Assembly (NCBI RefSeq): GCF_009914755.1
Contig: NC_060926.1
Direction: 5' to 3' (one strand)
Length of the DNA stretch: 64,000 nt
DNA from: the human T2T-CHM13v2.0 reference genome, Homo sapiens
Below, in pieces: positions 45,832 to 56,667 of this stretch. A program made the translations under genes and the position numbers. How positions within the stretch are numbered: the first letter of the stretch is position 1; each line of letters starts with the position of its first letter. The notes beneath the pieces were generated by a model, which was not told the DNA's origin, did no database searches, and saw only the letters and a program-made list of their open reading frames with translations.

Positions 45832-46570
45832 ACCCAGTAGAGGGTTCCTGAAATTTGTGGTTACAGAAGCCCTATTTTTCTGATGCTTGAGGGGTTGAAG
45901 AAAAGAGGGAGACACTAGAACTTAATAGACCGAGGCAGAATTTTCTTTCTTCATACCTAAGGGGATTTGGAAAAATGCTGAGCATTCAGCATAAAGAGAC
46001 TCCAAACACAACTCTCTGCTAACCTACTGGGAACAGATCTTAAGTCTCTGGACTGACTGGGATCTTGCCTATATAACTAGTCATCAGAGCCCATTTTTCT
46101 TTTCTACTGTATATTCTTAGCCAGTGTTACAGTATAAAACATGAAAAGGGAATATCAAAAGCTATTCTAGGAAAACAGGCTGTCCTTTCACACAAATGTT
46201 ATCCAGAAAGGCTTCATGCCCACGTTGAATTTCATTTCATGTACAACAATCCCTTAACCGCATCTGAGAATGTCGCATCATCTCTCTCACTCTCTCCACA
46301 TTCTCAACAAGTTATTTTACCCTTAAAATCAACAGACCAAGAAAGAAATGATCCTGGCGAATCAAGAAGCAGCTATTAATATTTAAGAGATGAGAATCCC
46401 ATAGATATAGCTGGTTGTGTCTGAAATTGTTCCCTTTGCAGATATGTACCCTACACAAGGCTCCTTCCTTGGGTACCATTGCCTCAGAGGATCGATCTCC
46501 CTAACTGTACTTTTGCCTCTTTAACTCATTCATTCTGGCTTGCCTCCCACTGTACTTCTTTCTTTCATTC

Positions 46571-46769
46571 AAGCCTGGTGTTTTATCTCCTGCTACCCAA
46601 AAGGTTGTCAGAACTGCTACAAACCGAAGGGCTTTCATCTTCTGCTTGTCTTCACATACCTGCCATTTATAATAGTTTAATCTGACATGGCCCACGGTGC
46701 CTCTCATTCATGAGCTAGCATTTCCAGACACAAACTCTCGAGGGAAGAACCCTCAAAGAGGTCCAGAAG
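46571..46769 (+). repeat. Dispersed direct-repeat copy of 48092-48270
   Basis: AAGCCTGGT..TCTCCTGCTACCCAAAAGGTTGTCAGAACTGCT...GGGAAGAACCCTCAAAGAGGTCCAGAAG occurs twice. About 11 substitutions in ~175 aligned bp, plus 22-bp and 2-bp indels. Confidence 0.95.
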
Positions 46770-47824
46770 CAACCTGATTCCTGTTCTATCTTCACTTGTC
46801 CTCTTGGGACTTGACACTTTAGACTGTCCTTTCGGTTTTCTACCTTCACTGATGCTGTCCAGTTCCCCTTTCATAATCGGTCCTACCTCACACCTTTACC
46901 CATTCCTGGTTCCTGGACTTGCCCTAGAAGGAAGTGTTTTAACACTCAGATTAGGGTTCTGGATTCTCCTTTTGGTCCTTGCTCCCCAGGGATCCATGCT
47001 TGTAACTGTGGCTCCCAGGTAGTTAATTCTTTTATAGCTAAGGGTGCTTCTTTCTTGGTAAACTGAACTATGTCCTAGTTGCCTCAATCTGGACCTTTGG
47101 TGTCACTCTCTGCTGCCCTCCACCGGCTACCAGTAGAATGCAGTAGTTAGAAATGGGTTCCAAGGCTTTTCCTTGGCCTGTAAGGGTCCTCTAGTAGAAA
47201 GCTACACAGTGCAGTTAACGAAGATGAGATTCGTGTTCAAAACCTAGCAGTTTTCATTCAACCAGTACCACTACAACAGCCTCTGATACCACTGCTACTC
47301 CCAGGGAAATTCACTGGTAATGACTCTCCTGTCCCTTCTCATAAAGATGTGATTGTCTCAAAAACTTTCAAATTCCATGTTTGTGGATATGCATATTCAT
47401 GCTGTATGGTAGAGGTTAGGGAGAAACCTTCTGAGTTCCTCAGGCTTGGTTTGTTGGGAGAAGCAGAAAGTAGTGCAATGCCTCAGGCTAGACAGGCAGC
47501 AAGGCGTCTCACAGGTTACCTAGGTCCCCTATGATACAGCGTGAGAGGATTGACAATGCTGTCTGTGGACTAAGGTAGCAATTGCTAGGTGGCTTACTAT
47601 GTTATGCTTGTTAGCTCTTCACTCAAAAGCTGAAATGGAATGGAACCAATGCCTTCAAACTGACTGACTTTGCTGTGAGGCTATCTAGAGTGATGCTGGC
47701 ACCACGTCCACATCAAAAGTTACAGTCATTGTTCTACTGAAGCAGAGGGGTAGGAGAGTTGTCAAAGATTAGACTGACAGTTCTGTAAAAGGTCACTCTA
47801 ACACCTAATGGAAAGGGTGTTCTA

Positions 47825-47903
47825 TTAGGATGGTGCAAAAGTAATTGTGGTTTTTGCCATTAGTTTCAATGGCAAAACCGCAATTACTTTTGCACCAACA
47901 TAA
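47825..47903. mobile_element. MADE1 (Hsmar1-derived MITE)
   Basis: TA|TTAGGATGGTGCAAAAGTAATTG...CAATTACTTTTGCACCAACATAA|TA, with long TIRs and a TA TSD. Confidence 0.95.
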
Positions 47904-49579
47904 TATACTCTGGTGGAACCTCTAAGTAGTAGGGCTCTGCCTCCAAGGATGAAGCGGAAAGTGCTGGGCAAGCCAGCGTTTGGTTAGACTGTGGCAATAT
48001 GGGTTGAAAGCAACAATGGAAACTCTTAGCCTGGGAGGCCCATGAGTCAGAAGGCCAAACCTCATTAATTTTTCATGGGGAAATATGTCAAAAGCCTGGT
48101 ATTTTATCTCCTGCTACCCAAAAGGTTGTCAGAACTGCTCCAAACTGAAGGACCTTCAACTGCTGCTTGTCTTCACATATCTGCCATTTATGATAGTGCC
48201 TGTCATTCATGAGCTAGCATTTCCAGACACACAAACTCTCCAGGGAAGAACCCTCAAAGAGGTCCAGAAGTTACCTTTCTACCACACACAATTGTGCAAA
48301 GAACCAACTGTTTGGGGCTTACATTGCTACTAAGTGGGTGTGCTTGCTCTCTGAGGAAAACCACAGTGGAGTTCATCAGCCCTTCCACCTTCCCTTCAAG
48401 GACCCCTTCCCCATTAAAATAAAAATAAAAAGGAGTCTACCTCTCATAAGACTACCATGGTCTTAGTGTGGTTATCATCTACTACGAATACTCCCTCTCC
48501 CCTGATTCCTAATCTCCTGAAACAATTCCATGGGGACTTTTAGGAAGTTAGACCCCTGAGGTGCTAAAATGATTTTCATAGTAAGAGGATAATGAATAGA
48601 AAATGGCCTTCCAAACATGCTATGATGCCACTTGGCCCATTAAATTTTGGTCTTTTCCTGGTACTTAAATGACATCTTACATGATTTTCTATACCAAAGA
48701 TTTCTGCTCTGTTTGGATATTATTTCATGAGGTCCTGGTCTGCCAAATATGAACTATTTGTTAAATCAAAAAATGCCCTGAGGTAGAATTTCCAAACGCA
48801 CTTCCTCCCCAGTTAAGAAGCTGGTATGAAGTGAGATGAAGTCTTGGCAGTTCTAGAGCAGATTCTCCTCCAATCAATTAAGGACATTCTAGCAAATCCC
48901 AGAATTTGTTACATATTACTGGCAATTCCTCCTACTAATTTCCTCTGATGGCTCTAGTTACTAATGTCTCAAGCAAGGGAAGGAGATAGATCTTTTTTGC
49001 AGAGACTACTAAAGCATTCCAGAAGCTGAAGACTTTATTCATCTGTGCCCTATCCTTGCATATGCTGATCCAGCCTTTGCTATAAAGTCAAAGTTCTAGC
49101 TCAAATGGAGCCTATTCTCATGGTGTTCCTTCTTCTATTTTTCACAGAACCATCCCCAGAAGCTGTTAGCTCTCCCCTACCCATACTTAGGAATAGGAAT
49201 TATTTCCTGTCAGAGCTTCCTTTGATGCTGGAGGTATCATCTTGAAGGTTACAGGCATCTGTCAAAACAACTTGGGCAATACAATTTTAGCAAAACGACC
49301 AGAAAACTCTGCTTCCAAAAACCAAAGGACCATCTTTTGAAGTTGACCATCTTATTTATGTTGGGCTGCTAAACCACAGCTAAAATGTCTTCTCTGAAAG
49401 TCTGTGTATCTGCGTACAGCAGAGTTGGCCTTGCCCTAGAGATCTTGCCAGAAAACTCTATAGCTGTTTCCTAAAACGGAACTATGGCACCAATACAAAA
49501 AAAAAAAAATCTAGATAAAGTGACATCCCTTGGAGCATCAGGCCACCTGAAGAGAGACTATGGGGAGAAGAGAATGTTA

Positions 49580-49676
49580 TACAAGAATGCAAGCTCCATA
49601 AAGGTAAGGGCCTGTTTTATTCACTGCATTGTATCTACTACCTGGGCTAGGCACAGTGTTGAATAAATGAATGAAC
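49580..49676 (+). mobile_element. L2 3' end
   Basis: GAATGCAAGCTCCATAAAGGTAAGGGCCTG...GGCACAGTGTTGAATAAATGAATGAA. Confidence 0.7.
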
Positions 49677-51799
49677 ATTTCCTGATTAGGGAGGTCTATA
49701 TCTATATCCAAGTGCTTGCTGTGGCTATGTCAAGATCTGAAATATGGTCTGCAGGACATGCAGTGGCTCTGCATCTGCAAAGAGATCTGTGCAGGTGGTC
49801 TGATAATACTATATCTTCTTCTAACCACCAAATGCCTTTGGGATATGATGACCCTGGATTTCATTTCTCATCTGCCCTCCTCATATATACATGCTACTCT
49901 ATCAGTGGTACAGATAATCTCTTCCAAGATAATGTACTTTATGGCTTAACTCATTCCTTCTAATCCTATTATCCACAACAGTCATAGTAATGACATCTTC
50001 TAATTCCATGAGTTATCAAGTTATTTGACTTCTGACTATGGTATAGATGGCTCCCAGTTTTATAGGCCATTATTTGACATCACATACAATCTGAAGGTCA
50101 ACAGAATATTTCAACTGAGCGCTTGGAGAGTATCTCTACTGACAACATTACTGGTCCGTACACTTCCCAACTGGAAGGTTTGCAAACAACTGTATTTTCT
50201 CTACCAAGAATATCTTTTCATAAAAACTTTCCCCTGCTACCTACCCCCACACTTCTCTTCATCAACTGCTCAGTAGCTGTTCAGTAAACACTTGGGAAAA
50301 CTACAGTTCATCTCCCAAAACCCAAGTTATATTCCAGCAAGTTCAGGACCAGTATTAAGTACATGTGGGAAATGGCTTCCTGTTAACAGTTTAATGGTTA
50401 TAACGAAAAACAGAAGACTGACATCTCTGACCTTTTGAGATATGGGCCTGCCCCACCCCAGCCCCACCTCCTATGAAGCCTCCTAGTTAGGGGACAGTTT
50501 AGACTGGTTATGGTAAAATATTAAAAAATAAATCCTATGGACTACATGTCTTTTTGGTATATTGCTGTATCAGAAAACAAAGATCAGCTTCTGATATAAA
50601 TGGGTTTTCTACTGAGGCTAAAATACAAATAATTATTAAAGTTAAGATTTTTTCCTATGAGTCACAGCAGTCAAGCAAAGGGGGGAATGTTCCTTCTAGG
50701 AACACATAATATTCACTAGACTTGGGCAATTTGATTTGAAAATCAAAATTTTATTGAAGAGGATCATGACAGGATGAGAAGTAGGAGGGGCAGTTCTACA
50801 TAGTTAAGTTCTTGAGTTGTTCTCAAGTTTTCCTAACGGGTGTTAACTAACCAAAGGTACGGGTTTTACCTCTATACCTCTAAAAGGAATAGCAGCAGTA
50901 TTTGTTCAACATCTCAAAAGAAACATGCAACTATTTCTCTTAGGTCCTATAGTTGTTTTCAAGGCAGGTTAAGTGTCTGCAATGGAAATGCACTGTGTTT
51001 ACTTTAGATTGTAGGTTAGAAATTGGGGAATAACTGGCCTAGAGGGAATATCAACAGCTCAATCTAAAAAAAAGCCCTAGATATCTTGGGATGGCTTGCT
51101 GTATGAGAGTCGTTGCCAGCAAGCTCCATTCGCGAGATCTGATGCAATGTCACAACCTAGTTCATTCAGCTTTATAAAAACTTAAGTATATATCAGAAGT
51201 AAATAACTGTTGGGGCCAAGGAACAGAAAATAATGGGATGTTACTAAGAAAAGGAACACCCTCAAGCCTTTGACCAAACATGGAAGGTAAACTATCATAG
51301 ATTAAATAAATAATGCAAACTATTATCCAAGGAAGTTAAGAAGCACTTACAATGAATGTGAATAACAGAAATGTGAAATGTTTCAGGGTAGCCTGTAAAT
51401 AGTAGCATTTAATGAGGAGAATAGATAGGACATAAAAGAAGAGGTATATGAGGAAGACAAACAACAAAAAATAATATGAGAAATTAAGAAATGGGGATTT
51501 AAAGAGATCAGCCTAATACTTAAAAGAGAAAAGACAGTCTAGATCCTAATTAAACTAACATACAAAACACCCATGTTTTTAAACAAAACTTAAATCTGCT
51601 ATTTTCTATGCTTTAAATATTTTCTTCCCTTAACAATGCTTGACTTTCAGTGTGACTCTTCACCTTTTCCATGAAATATTTTATAGCTACTCAGGCACAC
51701 ATAGGCCTCTCTACTTCACGGCCTCTTTTTGCACTTATAGGTACAAACTTGCTCTTCATTTGCATTGTTTATATATGTCTTATAGCTCAACTAGAGTGT

Positions 51800-52212
51800 A
51801 AATTGGAGTTTATGTCCCTGTTTCTTGAATTTGGACTGGACTTGTGACTAGCTTCAGCCACAAGAATGTGGTAGAACTGATGGTTTGCTAGCTCCAAGTG
51901 TAGGCTTCAAGGAGTTTGCGCATTTCCTATTGCTTTCTTGGAACTCTGCCAAGATGCCATGTAAATAAATCTAGGTTAGGTTGTTTGTAGATGAGAGATC
52001 ACAGAGAGTAGAAAAGAGTAGTCCTAGCTAAAGCATGCTAGACCAACCAGTCCCTAGCCAATCTAGCAGCAGACCTCAAAGTATGAGTAAGCCCAGCTGA
52101 ACCTACCCTAAATTGAGAATCTGTAGAAATTTGAGCTTCATAAGTAGTTCTTGTTTTAAGCCAACATGGGGTAATTTATTTTGTAGCAAAAGTCACCGAA
52201 CTAACTGAAACA
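51800..52212 (+). mobile_element. MLT1 (F/G/H-like) LTR, flanked by L2 remnants
   Basis: CTTGAATTTGGACTGGACTTGTGACTAGCTT..AGAATGTGGTAGAA...TTGTTTTAAGCCA...CTAACTGAAACA. Confidence 0.7.
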
Positions 52213-53299
52213 TACATAATGGCTTCATCCTTCAATGTAGTACTTATCACAGTGTGCCTTATATTAGAATCAGGAATTTGCTGGTCATTCCTTTGCTCCC
52301 AGAGGGCACAGATTATACTATATTCATTTGTGTATTCCCACAACACTTAGGTTGTGATTTGTACACAGTAGGCACTTAGACTTTGATAAAATAAACTGAA
52401 ATGAAAATCAAATTCTAGTGTTGATCAGCATTATCTACTTAATGTTTAACCATGGAAGAAAAATATAAGCCATGCCACTGTTTAAAGAATAAAGTAAGTA
52501 CTGAGAATCTACTATTGGTCCTTTATTATAATTCTCAATTATGAACCATTAAAGGTCAGCACTTGGTGTTTACATGCCACTTCAAGATAGCTAATTAAAT
52601 GAGCCTTTAAGCTACCCTTCTCAAAATTCAGCATTAGCCCAAATTTGGATTTTGATGGAAATATACACATATATTTGATTTTTGCATGAGAAGTCATACT
52701 GCAATCCTACTTATAAAGATAGAAAACACAAAGTGTTAAAGAAGGGGATTTTGATTTGTACTATCTAATTCACAATATTATTAATAGTAGGTTTTCCAAA
52801 CTCAGAAATCTGACAAATGAGGTTTAACTTATTTGTACTTTAACTCTGAAGTGCCACACAAAAGTAAAATATCTTGAAAGCTTGTATATTCAAAATGTCA
52901 TTTCTCTCTTTCTCTTAAGAAGTAGAAAAGTGAGAATAGGACAAGTAAAAAAGGATGAATAGTTTTGCTATCCGCATCTAATTTGCTTCCTAATGAAATT
53001 CTATAACTTTTAAATGACCGTTATTATAGTCTATACAAAGATGATTTCATCAAATATTCCACATTTTGAATATTTTAAAATTATTCATTAAATTGATACT
53101 GTCTGAAACTCTCTAAAGCAAGACACTGTGGAAGCATGCTCAGAATACACATATAAGACAGCAAGGCAAATACACTCAATGACGGTAAAAGAATATCCTT
53201 GCACTGGGGGCAGATCCTCTTCTTACATGAGTGTGTACCCTATAATTTACCTTAACTTGGGCTTCCTATTTAATATTTTTATCTTTGGCTTATTAAGGA

Positions 53300-53830
53300 C
53301 ATAATGATTAATTCAGTTAAGCTAGATAACTGACTCAGGAGGTCAGTTATAGGTTTAGATAGGTCATTATGTAATGAAAAAAATCTGTGTTCTTAATAAT
53401 ATGTCTGAAAGAAAAACACCGACCAGTGAGAGTAGTATTCAGTTTTGGTCCATAAAATCAACCCTGTAAGGACTAGATGAGAAATAGGTAACAATGTGAC
53501 ATGTGAAAAAGACTCAAATACTAGCAAATAGGAAGCTCAATAAATGATGAGTAGGAAGCCCATTCCTCTAATTGGGGATGCCCAAATAAAAATATAAAGA
53601 TTTAAAGGGTTAAGGTTAAGTGAGACAGATTTTAGCCAACTTAAGAAATATCTTTCTAGTAATCATATTGTCCTAAGGTGGAACTTGCTGCTTTAGGGTA
53701 GTGGAACCTCCTCAAGGAAGATATTCAATCAAAGTCTGGGGTGCTGTACAGGGATTGAAGTATAAAGCCAAATGTTATACTACATAATTTTTGAGATTAG
53801 CCTCCAATCCCAAAATTCAAAAATTCTATT
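53300..53830 (+). mobile_element. L3 (CR1) 3' fragment
   Basis: GACAGATTTTAGCCAACTTAAGAAATATCTTTCTAGTAAT...GTGGAACTTGCTGC...TTCAATCAAAGTCTGG...CCTCCAATCCCAAAATTC resembles the L3 3' terminus. Confidence 0.6.
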
Positions 53831-56023
53831 TTAGAAGCCTAAATATTTAAGAAAACATAGTCCCAGGTTTTCTGTTTAGAGTTTGAACATCTCTGTAGTT
53901 CAGAAGCCTCCTTTTAAAATGATGCTCACTTTAAATAAGTTCTGAGAATGACTAAGATGAACTGCAAAGAGAGAAATATTTTCAGCACAGGATGTGGAGA
54001 GATCATTTTTTTCACAATCACTCAACCTACCTGAGGTCTACTAATAATGAGCTACAGACCAAGAACTAAAGAAGTTTTTCAAACAATCTAGGTTAGAAAA
54101 ATTATCCCTTTAAGCTGCTTCAGTAGAGACAGGTATAAGTAGAAATTAGGTGACAGATTGAATAGAAAGAGGCATACTCTTTCATTACCAGTAAAATTTT
54201 GGATTTTGGGTTTCTACTATTAAAACATTATAAAAGCAACTCTGGGAAGAGAAATGTAATAGAAAATAGGAACTTAAGCATAAATGACAGTGCTCACTGA
54301 GAGCTTACAAGTACTTGCACATTCATTCCCGACTCTGATCCACCTTATTTTGGCTGTGCTTTCTAACTTACTCCCTTAGTTAACATTTTCTGTGAACACT
54401 AGTTCCTTTCCATAGGGACCAAAACCACAAACTAGAGAGAATAACCATGCTTCCTTCTCATGAATAGTGAGAATGGAAACATTTTTCCTTGGTTGTGTTT
54501 CTCCAGTGAAATTCAATTTCTACTTTCCAAGAAAAGCCAATTGGGTTAGAAGTTTCTGAGAAGAAACAGGAGGGTGGGAGGGAATCCAACAGATATCACT
54601 CCACAAACCCTAAACCAAAATCCCAATCTTTCAATCTTACATCAGTCAAGGGATTAAAACCTGAATGTCTCAGTTGAGTTGCTACATCTACAGGTGGAAG
54701 GTCTTAAGTGTGGGAAGAGATTGTTCCATTTGTGATCATGCTGGTGAATCCTTAATGTGCAAGAGAACCCCCACCTTGGCCCCCAAATGTTAAGTTGACA
54801 CACGTTTCTGGGACACAGCCTGAATCCTCAAACTTTGGCAGGTCTATAGACACACAATTTTCTGTTTTCTGCTTAACAGTGCTTTCCAGAATTGTCATCA
54901 GATGACAGATTACACCACCCATCTACAAGGATTCAGGGGTAGCTCAGGCCATCCATTATGGGTTAAAAGCTGTTCCAGCATGAATCGAATCACAGTGGTA
55001 AGGAACTACCGATACAAGGGGTCCTGCAGCTTTAAGAAATACCCTGGGCATCTAAAAGTTTTCAGAATGCAAACTATGTCAGCTCTGAAAACAAGAGGCA
55101 CTGCATCATTATGGCAGGAGAAACAAAGCCAGCCCCCTTTTTTAAACAGACAAAAAAAAAAAAGATTGTTTTAATAGGAAAGAAGCATCAGTCATTGATT
55201 CTTACTTCATTCACACTTTCTATCCAACCCCATCCATCTTAAGAGTGAAGAGATGACAGAGCCCAGTTAACTCTCTCCCTCACTAGGCCCCCGCTCACCC
55301 TGTTCCCTATATCCAAACCACCAAGGCCTACCAACCCACCCAGTTCAATCTGCAAGAAACAGTCCTATAGAATGACTGGTTCTATCTAATGGGCTTCCCA
55401 AAGCTCAGGTATGCCCAAGTATCAGCTTTCATCACATTACTTTAATAGGGTTAGCATCACTGGTCCAGGCCTTTTCTAATCATCTTCAAAAACGACCACT
55501 TAGTTACCCATGGCTGACAACATTCTACAAAGGAGGAGGCGGGAAGACTTAAGGCAGCAGGAAAAAGTCAACAAACCAACCAACAATCCAGAATGTAAAA
55601 TATTTCATTTTTCTTAAATGCTGCTGGCCACATTATCTACAAACAAAACTTCTCCAAGCAGGCAGTCTCTGCATCAGTGCACCTGCTTAGCATTGGTTTG
55701 CTGAGTTATCTTTTTGCTATGTCTGCAAAAGCCAACAACAGCACAATGGGTCGCATCACTTGAGGGTCACTTGAGTCCCTCTACTCTGGGTCCCTCCTCC
55801 CACCCCCGCCTTCCCTTCTACCCACAAAACCTTTAACTCCACCATAGCTAAGGATCCCAGATAGCTAAATAAAAGAGGTGGCCTCAAATACAGGGAAAAC
55901 CCTTAGGTCTCCAATGTGAATCGCCAACGCCAATCCCCCTCCCTTCCCCTTTTCCTTAAGACCTGATGGTCTTCAGTCACACATCTTAAAAGAAAAACAA
56001 AAAACAAAAACACAAAGACTTAC

Positions 56024-56097
56024 TTGTCTCAAGTCGATGAAGGCCAACTGCAGCGTGTCCTCCTGGAACCCAGGCACCGGGCCGGATCTGGCAAACT
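56024..56097 (-). CDS. EXOC6B: Internal coding exon (74 bp) of exocyst complex component 6B (Sec15B)
   Basis: The minus strand reads cctcttttctttcccacag|AG TTT GCC AGA TCC ... TTG AGA CAA|gtaagt, giving a pyrimidine tract, an AG acceptor and a consensus GTAAGT donor. It encodes (E)FARSGPVPGFQEDTLQLAFIDLRQ, which I recognise as the EXOC6B C-terminal region; the EXOC6 paralogue as I recall it differs here (SEPVPGFQGD). Phase 1 in, phase 0 out. Confidence 0.95.
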
Positions 56098-56624
56098 CTG
56101 TGGGAAAGAAAAGAGGATAAAAAGCGCCTTTAACTAACCATGGACAGGGAGATTGGCAGACGGATGACAGGGAAGACAAGAGAAGCTGGGGGAGAGGAGG
56201 ACCAAGCTTCTAAGGAGTCATGTCTCTCTCCCTTCAGCTTCTTTGTTTGCCCTTCAAAATTCGTGTCATCAAAACACCATTAATTCCAGCATCCTGACAG
56301 CAAGGAAACTGTACTAATTCGACCTGAAATTTATTCCCATGAGCTGCGCTGGGCTTCAGAGTATTTGTTTTGTGAATGGACAAACAACTTGCAAAGGAGG
56401 AGGGAGTGGGGGAGAGAAAAAAGTTTTTCCTCTCAACACAATAAAATCTTCAGCTGTGAAACTCTTTTCAGTTCCAAAAGCTATTTATATTTTAGATCGC
56501 TGAAGGAATTTTCTAATTTCACGCTTGTCACCTCATTCCCCAAGCATTTATCAAAAAATATTCCCTGCTACATCATTAATTATTCCCTCACTGATTATTT
56601 GTATTATCTCATGACTGCATTATT

Positions 56625-56625
<1 letters not shown>

Positions 56626-56664
<39 letters not shown>
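56626..56664. repeat. (CA)n microsatellite
   Basis: Seen directly. Confidence 0.9.

Positions 56665-56667
<3 letters not shown>

Larger units (their letters stand above)
45370..49300 (-). mobile_element. Fossil R2-like (RLE-clade, probably R2 clade A) non-LTR retrotransposon ORF, heavily degraded
   Basis: Colinear degenerate motifs on the minus strand: CPSC-x13-H (49278-49225); [C]SI[C]ARTxTxxQxLDQHM (49112-49035); Myb-like region with SRTAK (48960-48843); KRPK..ACLEG; FN..GKV..NSTVVFL; KPQTVGS; GFFPG; AFDIFPHEKL; GVR-GD..LIFDN..PLL; SLGV; GPLQAKEK; TQGRSL; C[R]ECG..ILRC; IQRGH; KGQPVFLE; PDL; KWYPD. Many stops and frameshifts. Confidence 0.8.

Noticed and set aside
46571-48270. Direct repeats read as the LTR pair of a small LTR element
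   Set aside because: There are no TG..CA ends, TSD or PBS/PPT, and the repeat is an internal RT segment.
48550-49300. Alternative reading as a CR1/L2-type RT (IPPA.KEA, IIPIPK, SFLTG, LPQG) or as a Gypsy integrase
   Set aside because: These short matches lack a convincing RPISL or FADD motif and have poor spacing. The same bases fit ZnF-Myb in an order consistent with the much better RT motifs downstream.
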